IMG/VR virus record: IMGVR_UViG_3300020161_000179
Coordinates: 1-37,916 of that record
Source of the DNA: a virus
Lineage: Duplodnaviria > Caudoviricetes
Reading direction: 5' to 3' (one strand)
DNA length: 37,916 bases
The notes beneath the pieces were generated by a model that had not been told where the DNA came from, ran no database searches, and saw nothing but the letters and a program-made list of their open reading frames with translations. Positions within the stretch are counted from its first letter, which is position 1; each line of letters opens with the position of its first letter. Made by a program: the position numbers and the translations under genes. This document shows, piece by piece, positions 17,675 through 26,193 of the stretch.

Positions 17675-18853
17675 ATGCGTAAACTATTTTACATGGGACT
17701 TGAAGCGTACAACGCTCGTTACACACTACAGCTTACTGATTGGAATCGCCGTGTCTTTGAAAAGCGCGGTATTGACGTTGTGTACGTCCCGGGCGAGACA
17801 CTTGATAACAGTCAGAAGATTGTAACTGGTCAGGTTCTTGATGCACATGGTCGTTCATACTTTGGTATGAGTCAGATGATGAACCTCGTCAAGATGATGC
17901 AGCAAGGTGAAGTCACTAGTGAAGACGTTATTTACTTTGAAGATATGTTTCAGCCGGGTATTGAATCATTGCCTTATATCATTGACCAGTGCGATGAGGA
18001 TAACATGCCGCGTATCTTTGTTCGTTGTCTTGCACAATCTATTGACCCTGATGACTTTGTTCATGTCTGGGGCATGGATAAGTGGATGGGACTATATGAG
18101 AAGATGGTCAATGAGTTTGCAGACGGAATTCTTGCAACTAACGAAGAAATGGTTGCACATATGAAGATTGCAGGCTGGGAAGCTCCAATCTACAATATCT
18201 CAGGACTTGCATTCGGTAAGAGTGAGGTTATTGAGCGTGTTGGTGGTAAGATTAAACCTTTCAATGATCGTCGTTTGCGTGTTGTCTTTTCAGCACGATG
18301 GGATCAAGAGAAACAGCCTGACTTCTATATGGACTTGATTGAAGCATGGCACGAACGCTATCCAAGCAAGGATGTTGAGTTTGTTATTTGCAGCGGCGGT
18401 GAACTAAAGAGCAACAACGATAGCTATATGGCTCGTACTCACAAGATGGTTGAAAATCGTAAACTGACTATCTATGACAATCTCCCGAAGAACAAGTATT
18501 ACGAAATCCTTAACGATAGCCGCGTTGTGTTCAACTGTGCATTGCAAGACTGGGTGAGCAACACTGTAAGCGAAGCAGATGCATTGGGATGCAATGTACT
18601 CTATCCTGCGTATCGTAGCTTCCCTGAAACTTTTGCAAACGACCCGGAGCGTCTTTACATTCCATGGTCGATTGATGATGCTGTAGCTAAGTTGGATGTA
18701 CTGTTAAAGAAGGCTCATCCGAACATGGGTAAGATTAGTGACTACACTGATGGAACCATTGATCGTATTTGCGACATTCTTGAGGGTAAGGGCGAGAAGT
18801 ATCGTCGTATTAGCAGCGACTACAGAAAACATACTCGTGAAGCGAAGTACTGA
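17675..18853 (+). CDS. GT-B (GT4-like) glycosyltransferase 1
   Basis: FSARWDQEKQP and QDWVSNTVSEADALG (D/E-x7-E acidic motif). Confidence 0.8.
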   Translation: MRKLFYMGLEAYNARYTLQLTDWNRRVFEKRGIDVVYVPGETLDNSQKIVTGQVLDAHGRSYFGMSQMMNLVKMMQQGEVTSEDVIYFEDMFQPGIESLPYIIDQCDEDNMPRIFVRCLAQSIDPDDFVHVWGMDKWMGLYEKMVNEFADGILATNEEMVAHMKIAGWEAPIYNISGLAFGKSEVIERVGGKIKPFNDRRLRVVFSARWDQEKQPDFYMDLIEAWHERYPSKDVEFVICSGGELKSNNDSYMARTHKMVENRKLTIYDNLPKNKYYEILNDSRVVFNCALQDWVSNTVSEADALGCNVLYPAYRSFPETFANDPERLYIPWSIDDAVAKLDVLLKKAHPNMGKISDYTDGTIDRICDILEGKGEKYRRISSDYRKHTREAKY

Positions 18854-18881
18854 TAAATAAGAATGTAACACAAAGGTTACA
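18852..18881 (+). promoter_or_regulatory. Late promoter box followed by a 5' hairpin (folE leader)
   Basis: GATAAATA, then TGTAAC-ACAAAG-GTTACA, an A/C-rich spacer and SD AAGGAAGG. Confidence 0.55.
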
Positions 18882-18919
18882 AACAACATTAACATATCCG
18901 TGTAAGGAAGGAAACAAAT

Positions 18920-19600
18920 ATGTCTTATAACAAAACTAAAACCGACCCCGAATTGGGTCAAAAGATTCACGAACACCTCGTCAAGATGGGTGTTGAAACT
19001 CCCACTAAAGACAACTCACTAGACCGCAAAGAAAAGATTGAGGTTATTGAAGCACACTTCAATGGCATTATGAGAGCATTGGGTCTTGACCTAGAAGATG
19101 ACAGTCTTATGGATACGCCGAAGCGTGTTGCTAAGATGTATGTCAACGAAATCTTTTGGGGTCTTGACTATGATGCATTCCCTAAGTGTACAACTGTTGC
19201 GAACAAGATGAACTACGATGAAATGGTCGTAGAGCGTAACGTGAACGTACAATCTAACTGTGAACATCACTTTGTTATCATTGATGGTCTTGCTACAGTA
19301 GCGTATGTACCCAATGAAAAGGTGCTTGGTCTTTCAAAGATTAATCGTATCGTTGAATACTTTGCAAAGCGCCCACAAATTCAAGAGCGTCTTACTGAAC
19401 AGGTATTCCATGCTCTTTGCTACATTCTTGAAACTGAAAACGTTGCAGTCATGATTGATGCCCAGCACTATTGCGTTAAGTCACGTGGTGTTGAGGACAC
19501 AGGTTCTTCGACTGTAACTACTAAGCTCGGTGGTGGATTCAAGACTGACCCTGCTGCTCGTGCAGAGTTTCTTAGCATTGCACGAATGGGTAAGTGTTGA
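18920..19600 (+). CDS. folE: GTP cyclohydrolase I
   Basis: TPKRVAKM, CEHH, GLSKINR, QIQERLT, HYCVKSRG. Confidence 0.97.
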   Translation: MSYNKTKTDPELGQKIHEHLVKMGVETPTKDNSLDRKEKIEVIEAHFNGIMRALGLDLEDDSLMDTPKRVAKMYVNEIFWGLDYDAFPKCTTVANKMNYDEMVVERNVNVQSNCEHHFVIIDGLATVAYVPNEKVLGLSKINRIVEYFAKRPQIQERLTEQVFHALCYILETENVAVMIDAQHYCVKSRGVEDTGSSTVTTKLGGGFKTDPAARAEFLSIARMGKC

Positions 19601-19887
19601 ACATACCAGATATAATCAATGGGTGCTTTGAAGCGTTTGGTGCTGTAGCAGCGTTAATTAACATTATCGTACTATACAAGCACAAGACGGTGAAGGGCAC
19701 CTATTGGCCTTCAAGTTTCTTTTGGGCTACGTGGGGTGTTTGGAATGTATATTTCTACTGGCACCTAGAACAATGGGTATCACTGTTCGCCGGTGCTGCA
19801 CTCGCACTGATGACGATGATATGGTTGATTATGGCTATCTATTATTTGAAATTTAAGCCAACTGACAGTGAGGTAATAAGCAAGTGA
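19594..19887 (+). CDS. Small 3-TM membrane protein, PQ-loop/SemiSWEET-like
   Basis: 97 aa, three hydrophobic helices, loop YKHKTVKGTYW; overlaps the folE stop. Confidence 0.5.
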   Translation: MLNIPDIINGCFEAFGAVAALINIIVLYKHKTVKGTYWPSSFFWATWGVWNVYFYWHLEQWVSLFAGAALALMTMIWLIMAIYYLKFKPTDSEVISK

Positions 19888-20072
19888 AGGAAGTTTACGC
19901 TAATGCAATGCCAATGCCGGCATTTCTAGATAATACAGGAAACCTAACAAATCGTGAAAGTTTATTCCCTGGTTCCTATCGTGTAGAAACATACATGGGA
20001 GACGATAACTTTATGCGCTACGTAGTGTATGAATCCGAAGAAGAATATATTTGGAATAAGTTGAAGAAATAA
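19884..20072 (+). CDS. Hypothetical protein
   Basis: GTGA overlap with the upstream gene, TAATG coupling downstream. Confidence 0.55.
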   Translation: MKEVYANAMPMPAFLDNTGNLTNRESLFPGSYRVETYMGDDNFMRYVVYESEEEYIWNKLKK

Positions 20073-20542
20073 TGATATTCAATAAGATTAAGCAACTCAA
20101 AGAGCAAGGGCGAACTATCGGTATTACCTTTAGTACGTTTGATATGCTTCACGCAGGTCACATTGCTATGTTAGCAGAAGCTAAGAACCACTGTGACTAT
20201 TTGATTGCAGGACTACAGACTGACCCAACTATTGATAGACCGGATACAAAGAACAAGCCTATCCAGTCAATCGTAGAGAGACAGATTCAACTTAGTGCCT
20301 GTCGCTTTGTCGATGAAGTAGTTATTTACCAAACTGAACAAGATTTGGTCGATTTACTCTTGACATTACCCCTAGATTGTCGTATACTGGGTATAGAATA
20401 TGAAGATGTAGACTTTACCGGGCGTAAAGAATGTTATGCCCGTGATATCGATATCGTATTCAATGGTAGAGACCACAGCTTTAGTAGTAGCAATCTACGT
20501 AAGCGTGTCGCAGAAGCAGAAAGAAACAAAGATGGAATCTAA
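20072..20542 (+). CDS. Glycerol-3-phosphate cytidylyltransferase-like (TagD family)
   Basis: STFDMLHAGH, CRFVDEV, RDHSFSSS. Confidence 0.88.
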   Translation: MIFNKIKQLKEQGRTIGITFSTFDMLHAGHIAMLAEAKNHCDYLIAGLQTDPTIDRPDTKNKPIQSIVERQIQLSACRFVDEVVIYQTEQDLVDLLLTLPLDCRILGIEYEDVDFTGRKECYARDIDIVFNGRDHSFSSSNLRKRVAEAERNKDGI

Positions 20543-20750
20543 GGACCCTAACAAGAAGTACGAAGATTTGTTGAGGAATATTAACTTCTCATTCACTGTT
20601 CCGGTTAATGCATATAAGTTTCCCGTTTACAAAAAGGAAACTACTGAGGAAATGATTGCTCGGTTAGACGAAGTTGATGAAACAGTTGACGCAATGACTT
20701 CATATCCTCAGGCAAAGAAAATGCTTGACAAATTGTATGGAAAGATGTAA
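20532..20750 (+). CDS. Hypothetical protein
   Basis: Start moved to ATG 20532; overlaps both neighbours. Confidence 0.5.
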   Translation: MESKDPNKKYEDLLRNINFSFTVPVNAYKFPVYKKETTEEMIARLDEVDETVDAMTSYPQAKKMLDKLYGKM

Positions 20751-20955
20751 CTTAGACTTACATGGGGTGAGGCATCAAGATGTTGATGCTCTTGTGGAGA
20801 ACTTTGTTCTGATGAATCAGGACAGTTTTCCACTTACCGTCATTTGTGGTAACAGTGTAAAAATGGTGAAGCTTGCCGAAACAGTACTAAATAGAATTGG
20901 GTGTGAATACTCAATGTATCGGTTCGGTGTACTAACAATAGGAAGATTTAAATGA
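20737..20955 (+). CDS. Stand-alone Smr-domain-like protein
   Basis: LDLHG ... TVICGN. Confidence 0.6.
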   Translation: MERCNLDLHGVRHQDVDALVENFVLMNQDSFPLTVICGNSVKMVKLAETVLNRIGCEYSMYRFGVLTIGRFK

Positions 20956-21686
20956 GCAAGTTAACAATTAATCCATACGATAAAGAAAAATGTAAAGAAA
21001 TAGTTGAACAACACTATCTAACAAAAATTTATGAGGTATCAGGACCTTCTACGTTTTTGTTTTATGATTTTTCTTACCAGCTAGAATCGTCCAAATATGA
21101 CAGCCTGCTGGAGTACTATCTACAGTATTTTAATTTTGCTACCCCTAGACAAAACCTATGCACTAGTATTTTTTCATGTGTTCCTTTTTACTATTTGGAT
21201 ATAGCAACAGCTAAGAACCCAACCAAAATCATGGATATAGGTTGTGGTTTTAATATTTTTAGGAAATTTATGCCTAACATATACGGCATTGATCCCAGCA
21301 CAGCACAGTGTGATGAGAAGGGAGAATTCAACGATGAGTTTGCCGCTGCTCATAATCAAGAATTTGAATGTGCATTTTCAATTAATGCTATCCATTTTGT
21401 TAGCCTTACACAGTTCAAACGTCGGGTTGAGTTGTTTGCAAGCACTATACAATCCGGTGGGAGAGGAATGCTAGCGATGAATGCGGGTCGTATGATTGAA
21501 CATACTACTGATTCCGAAAGACTCGACTTATTTGGAACCACAACTCCTACCCCAAAAGAAATTGAAGAATACATTGATCAGGAACTATCAACAATCGATT
21601 TGAATTTTCTAGTGCTAGAGAATTTCGTTTCTGAGTGCTTAGATGACTGGTTAGATGGCAATATCAGAATGGTGTTTGAGGTTTGA
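20952..21686 (+). CDS. Class I SAM-dependent methyltransferase
   Basis: IMDIGCG, GIDP, AFSINAIHF; same motif layout as 3669-4397. Confidence 0.75.
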   Translation: MSKLTINPYDKEKCKEIVEQHYLTKIYEVSGPSTFLFYDFSYQLESSKYDSLLEYYLQYFNFATPRQNLCTSIFSCVPFYYLDIATAKNPTKIMDIGCGFNIFRKFMPNIYGIDPSTAQCDEKGEFNDEFAAAHNQEFECAFSINAIHFVSLTQFKRRVELFASTIQSGGRGMLAMNAGRMIEHTTDSERLDLFGTTTPTPKEIEEYIDQELSTIDLNFLVLENFVSECLDDWLDGNIRMVFEV

Positions 21687-21692
21687 TTTTAC

Positions 21693-21721
21693 TTGACAAC
21701 GGTGTTTAAATAGTATATAGT
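21693..21721 (+). promoter_or_regulatory. sigma70-type promoter
   Basis: TTGACA-17bp-TATAGT. Confidence 0.8.
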
Positions 21722-21746
21722 AAATTATTAATAGAAAGAGAAACCG

Positions 21747-22202
21747 GTGTTATATCTAAGTTACGGCATGAATACCAACATTGATCAGATGGCTTTACGC
21801 TGTCCTGGTTCCATCAGTATTGGACGAGTTGACATTCCAGACCATCGTCTAGTGTTTCGTGGTGTTGCTGACATTGAAGTAAGTGTCGGTGATACATTAC
21901 AGACTGTTATGTGGGACATTACTGATGATTGTGAAGTGGCTCTTGATATGCTTGAGGGCTTTCCAACTTTCTATGGCAAGAAGTATATTGATGTTCAAAT
22001 CAATAACAAAACGTATAAAGCAATGATTTATCAAATGATCGGCGATAGACTTGACTATGCTTCTCCGAGCAACTATTATCAGTATTTGCTTCAAGAAGGT
22101 TATCAGGACCATGGTCTTGAATTAAATCAAATTTATAATGCTGAAGGCTTTAGTGAAGTTGAGGATACTCTTGACTACATCAATCGCCGCTATGCTTATT
22201 AA
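21747..22202 (+). CDS. Gamma-glutamylcyclotransferase (GGCT/AIG2-like)
   Basis: YLSYGMN, RCP, LDMLEG, PSNYY. Confidence 0.82.
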   Translation: MLYLSYGMNTNIDQMALRCPGSISIGRVDIPDHRLVFRGVADIEVSVGDTLQTVMWDITDDCEVALDMLEGFPTFYGKKYIDVQINNKTYKAMIYQMIGDRLDYASPSNYYQYLLQEGYQDHGLELNQIYNAEGFSEVEDTLDYINRRYAY

Positions 22203-22265
22203 CAGTGGTCTTTGACACTCATCCCCACTATAAACATTCTGCGTGTCATCTAAAGGAGAATAAAG

Positions 22266-22772
22266 ATGACAAAATATGAACCAGTAAGTTACAAGTATAC
22301 AAGTACTAAAGAATATCACGATTCGTTTCCGTGTGCATATCGTCAATGGCGCGCCGACAGTCATTGCAATAACATTCATGGCTATTCATTTACTATCAAG
22401 GTATACTTTGGTGCTGATACACTAGATGCACGAAACTGGTGTGCAGACTATGGTGGTCTAAAGGACTTGAAGGCAATTCTTGAAGACCAGTTCGACCACA
22501 CACTTCTTGTTGCAGAAGATGATCCTGATATGGATGTGTTCAAGCTGCTTCAAGAGCGTAATATGGCAAAGTTGACTATCATTCCTGCAACTGGCTGTGA
22601 AGCACTTGCTGATATGGTATACAAGTTTATCAACGGTGTCTATATCCCCGACCATTGGGGTAAGGGTGAAGCTGAACGACTCTGGTGCTATCGTGTAGAA
22701 ATCCGCGAGACACAGAGCAACATGGCTTTCCGTGAAGGTCATCGTGAATGGAATGAAGATTTGCTAGGATGA
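22266..22772 (+). CDS. queD: 6-carboxy-5,6,7,8-tetrahydropterin synthase
   Basis: HCNNIHGY, DYGGLK, FDHTLL, CEALA, RET; SD AAGGAG. Confidence 0.9.
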   Translation: MTKYEPVSYKYTSTKEYHDSFPCAYRQWRADSHCNNIHGYSFTIKVYFGADTLDARNWCADYGGLKDLKAILEDQFDHTLLVAEDDPDMDVFKLLQERNMAKLTIIPATGCEALADMVYKFINGVYIPDHWGKGEAERLWCYRVEIRETQSNMAFREGHREWNEDLLG

Positions 22773-22939
22773 GTAACTGGTTTGTACTAGATAAAAACGA
22801 CAACATTTTTGCTGATGTTGAAGAAGAAGATGAAGCCCGTGAATTAGCAATTATCTATGTTATTGATCCTTGGACTGAGGATGCAGCACCATTCAAGGTA
22901 ATGAGTTACGATGAATATGCTAAAACGAATCTGGTTTAA
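22769..22939 (+). CDS. Small acidic hypothetical protein (56 aa; not in ORF track)
   Basis: ATGA overlap with queD; MSNWFVLDKNDNIFADVEEE... Confidence 0.55.
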   Translation: MSNWFVLDKNDNIFADVEEEDEARELAIIYVIDPWTEDAAPFKVMSYDEYAKTNLV

Positions 22940-23075
22940 GGCACTAGGCGAGAAGGCTAGTGATTGTGATGCCGAATCTGATAAAGTTGCTTGGATTCGC
23001 ACTTTCCTAGTCTTTCAAGCTGTACTTGCAAATATTTTTCTCATAGTAAACGTTATAAGGCATTGGAATGGTTAA
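22917..23075 (+). CDS. Small membrane protein (52 aa; not in ORF track)
   Basis: MLKRIWFKALGEKASDCDAESDKVAWIRT...VIRHWNG; one TM helix. Confidence 0.65.
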   Translation: MLKRIWFKALGEKASDCDAESDKVAWIRTFLVFQAVLANIFLIVNVIRHWNG

Positions 23076-23099
23076 CAAAGTAGTAATGATAGAGATTAT

Positions 23100-23267
23100 A
23101 TGACTAGTATTTCCCCGCTATTTAGTATGTACACTACTCAAGAGTTACATGATAAGGTTCGTGAATTTCGGATAAGTGATAATAAATCAACCCAATCTCT
23201 CGCAGACTTTATCGAATCAGAGTTGCGTAAAGGTGAAACCGGTTTGATGGAGAGATTATATGATTAA
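23100..23267 (+). CDS. Small hypothetical protein (55 aa; not in ORF track)
   Basis: MTSISPLFSMY...; fills the gap and overlaps the PRTase start. Confidence 0.5.
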   Translation: MTSISPLFSMYTTQELHDKVREFRISDNKSTQSLADFIESELRKGETGLMERLYD

Positions 23268-23817
23268 GAAAGTATATTACACTGACAAACAGATTGATGG
23301 CATGATCCATGATATCATTCGTCAAATGAACAATGATAACTGGATGCCTGATTATGTTGTCGGTCTTACTAGGGGCGGACTTAATCCTGCTCTAAAGATT
23401 AGTCATTATCTCAACATTCCGATGGAGACTCTTAAAGTCAGTTTGCGTGACGGTGGCGAGTGCGAAACTAACTGCTGGATGGCAGAAGATGCATATGGAT
23501 ACATTCAGGCATCTGCATTCCCGCGACCAGAAGGAGAAGCAACTAGCGATCCATCATTGCGTAAGAATATTCTTATCGTAGATGATATTAACGATACCGG
23601 TGCTACTCTCAATTGGATTAAACAAGATTGGGCTTCCGGTTGCCTACCAAATGAGATTGAGGCATGGAATAGTGTTTGGAATGACACTGTTCGTTTTGCT
23701 GTAATAGTAGATAATGATGCAAGTCCATTTCAAGTGAATTATTTTGGAACAAGCATCAACAAAGCAGAAGACCCTCAATGGATTGTGTTCCCTTGGGAAG
23801 AATGGTGGAAAGGATGA
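23260..23817 (+). CDS. Type I purine phosphoribosyltransferase (xanthine/guanine PRTase-like)
   Basis: VGLTRGG, PRPP loop ILIVDDINDTGATL, WIVFPWE. Confidence 0.9.
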   Translation: MIKKVYYTDKQIDGMIHDIIRQMNNDNWMPDYVVGLTRGGLNPALKISHYLNIPMETLKVSLRDGGECETNCWMAEDAYGYIQASAFPRPEGEATSDPSLRKNILIVDDINDTGATLNWIKQDWASGCLPNEIEAWNSVWNDTVRFAVIVDNDASPFQVNYFGTSINKAEDPQWIVFPWEEWWKG

Positions 23818-24893
23818 ATTTTTTACTGCGCCCTGAATCTGCTTATGAAAGGCCAACCTCTTATTTAAAAGATTTTGGGTGCATTAGACCCGGTAAATAT
23901 ATTGAAATTCATGCCACAGGATCAGTATCAATATGCTGTTTTACCTGGCTACCTAAATTTTGCGGCAACATATTGACTGATTCTGTAGAGGAGATATTTA
24001 ACAATATAACTCGAATGTCAATCATAGAAGATATGTCTAAAGGAAAGTTTACGCATTGCAATGATCATTGCCCAATGTTATCAAATTTACTTAGTGGAAA
24101 TGATTATCATCCATTGATAGTTCCTTCTGAAAATTATGAAGCTAGTTTATCTGCATTTCCGTTTAACATTGGGTTTAGCTATGACTCATCTTGCAACTTA
24201 CAATGTCCTAGTTGCCGACCCGGTTTGCAATTCACTAAGATGGGGGAAAACACAACACTTGATAAAATCCACGCTAAAGTTAAGGAATTAGTTTACTATC
24301 TCCTTAATCAAAATGAGCAAGTGTTGTTGCAGATATCAGGTTCATCTGATCCTTTTGCAAGCCCTACTTTTTGGGCATACCTGCAGGAATTGAGTAGTTT
24401 AGGATTTAATGAAAATTTAAAGATTGAATTAATGACTAACGGACTGTTGATGAACGAAGAAGTTTGGGGAAAGATAAAACCTCTTTGGAAAAATATATGT
24501 AGAATTGTAGTCAGCACTGATGCAGTTTCTCAGGAAACATATGCAATAGTCAGAAAAAACGGTCACATTAGTAGACTAAAAGAAAACTTATCTTTGCTTA
24601 ATGAAAAGATTCGTCGGGGTGATTTTCCAAATCTATATAATTGGCAAACAAGTTTTACTGTGCAAAAGGCTAATTACCACGAAATAAAAGAGTACGCCCA
24701 GTGGCAATCGTCATTGGATACTTTAAAAAATATTTCATTTAGTATGATTGCACAGTGGGGTCATTTAAATGACGAAAAATTCTTAGAAATGTCGCTTGAT
24801 GACTCAGATGTTATCTTACTAAAACAAATTTTAAGTGATGATATTTTTTCAAACGATAGCATCGTTTTAGGAAACTTAAGCACATACCGATAA
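23814..24893 (+). CDS. Radical SAM protein with an N-terminal SPASM/twitch-like domain
   Basis: C...GSVSICC...GNI...C.. followed by CNLQCPSC, SSDPF, TNG, VSTDA. ATG 23814. Confidence 0.85.
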   Translation: MNFLLRPESAYERPTSYLKDFGCIRPGKYIEIHATGSVSICCFTWLPKFCGNILTDSVEEIFNNITRMSIIEDMSKGKFTHCNDHCPMLSNLLSGNDYHPLIVPSENYEASLSAFPFNIGFSYDSSCNLQCPSCRPGLQFTKMGENTTLDKIHAKVKELVYYLLNQNEQVLLQISGSSDPFASPTFWAYLQELSSLGFNENLKIELMTNGLLMNEEVWGKIKPLWKNICRIVVSTDAVSQETYAIVRKNGHISRLKENLSLLNEKIRRGDFPNLYNWQTSFTVQKANYHEIKEYAQWQSSLDTLKNISFSMIAQWGHLNDEKFLEMSLDDSDVILLKQILSDDIFSNDSIVLGNLSTYR

Positions 24894-24916
24894 AACGGTA
24901 GAAAGGATGATTGACA

Positions 24917-25099
24917 ATGGACGTAATTAGTGTTATAGCTATAGTTGTATTCTGTGTAGTGGCATCTATGTTTTTATATGGAATGTGGGTACTAGAAGAT
25001 GACAGATATCAATTTAGAAAAAAGCACGGCATTGATCCTAAATATCACGGCTGGATTGTGAAAGACAAAGAAGAAAATGACAAAGATCAAACTAAGTGA
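24917..25099 (+). CDS. Small single-TM protein
   Basis: Hydrophobic N-terminal helix; SD AAGGA upstream. Confidence 0.55.
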   Translation: MDVISVIAIVVFCVVASMFLYGMWVLEDDRYQFRKKHGIDPKYHGWIVKDKEENDKDQTK

Positions 25100-25946
25100 A
25101 TTGTTCTACAGCATCCAGGGTGAAGGTCGGTACATGGGTGTGCCGTCTGTTTTCCTTAGAACATATGGATGCAATTTCAAATGCGCCGGATTCGGCATGC
25201 CAAAAGGTGAATTATCAAGTGAAAGAGAAGCAGTCAATCCAGAAGACTATAAAGAATATGGTACCCTCCCGCTCGTCACTACAGGATGTGATTCCTACGC
25301 ATCCTGGGATCCTCGCTTCAAGCATCTTTCTCCCAGCAGGGATGTTGATACTATTGTCAGCGACATTATGGAACTACTACCGTTTAAAGAATGGCGCGAA
25401 GAACACCTCGTCATCACAGGAGGAGAACCACTCCTCGGATGGCAACGAGCCTACCCAGAACTCCTAAGTCACCCTAAGATGCAGCAGCTTCACGAGATTA
25501 CTTTTGAAACTAATGGTACGCAGCCATTGCATCCTGAACTCTTTGACTATCTTGAACAATGGTGGTGGGATGGCGGCAAGCCGGGCTATGGATCAGCTAA
25601 TCGTGATCGTGAAATTACATTTAGTGTGAGTGCTAAGTTGAGTTGTTCAGGTGAAAAGGCAGAAGATGCCATTAAGCCTCAGGTAGTAGTTGACTACCAA
25701 AGCGTAGGTCACGTATATCTTAAGTTTGTTATCGCAACAGAAGATGATGCTAAAGAAGCATTAGCAGCAGTTGAACAATATCGTGATGCAGGGTTTGTAG
25801 GTAATGTTTATTTCATGCCCGTAGGAGGTGTTGAGAGTGTTTACCATCTTAATAATCGCACTGTCGCTGACCTTGCCATGAAGAACGGTGTTCGTTATAG
25901 TGATCGTCTACAGGTTCCTTTGTTTAAGAATGCCTGGGCGACTTAA
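25077..25946 (+). CDS. queE: 7-carboxy-7-deazaguanine synthase (radical SAM)
   Basis: ELFYSIQGEG, FLRTYGCN, CDS, ITGGEP, ETNGT, SAKL, LKFVI. Confidence 0.93.
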   Translation: MTKIKLSELFYSIQGEGRYMGVPSVFLRTYGCNFKCAGFGMPKGELSSEREAVNPEDYKEYGTLPLVTTGCDSYASWDPRFKHLSPSRDVDTIVSDIMELLPFKEWREEHLVITGGEPLLGWQRAYPELLSHPKMQQLHEITFETNGTQPLHPELFDYLEQWWWDGGKPGYGSANRDREITFSVSAKLSCSGEKAEDAIKPQVVVDYQSVGHVYLKFVIATEDDAKEALAAVEQYRDAGFVGNVYFMPVGGVESVYHLNNRTVADLAMKNGVRYSDRLQVPLFKNAWAT

Positions 25947-25947
25947 C

Positions 25948-26193
25948 ATGGGATTTATGCTGAAAACAGCACAAGACGATATTGACTGGGTAAACGAACC
26001 GATACCCTACGGCATTAATACTACCAAATATAGATTATCATTGTTGCCTCGTAAGTGTAATTCAAGCCATAAAAATATTTGGTTTAAATTTTCTTACCGT
26101 GTTCGTCATACATATCACGAAATGCATGGCAGCTCTATCGAAGACCGCTGGTATAATAAGTACGAATATATTAAGTTAAGGTTACAGGGATGA
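25948..26193 (+). CDS. Hypothetical protein
   Basis: ATG 25948; ATGA overlap with the downstream GT. Confidence 0.55.
   Translation: MGFMLKTAQDDIDWVNEPIPYGINTTKYRLSLLPRKCNSSHKNIWFKFSYRVRHTYHEMHGSSIEDRWYNKYEYIKLRLQG

Noticed and set aside
18864-18900. preQ1 riboswitch upstream of folE
   Set aside because: A stem plus A-rich tail is present, but the 6-nt loop is too short and lacks the conserved preQ1-I loop and pseudoknot.
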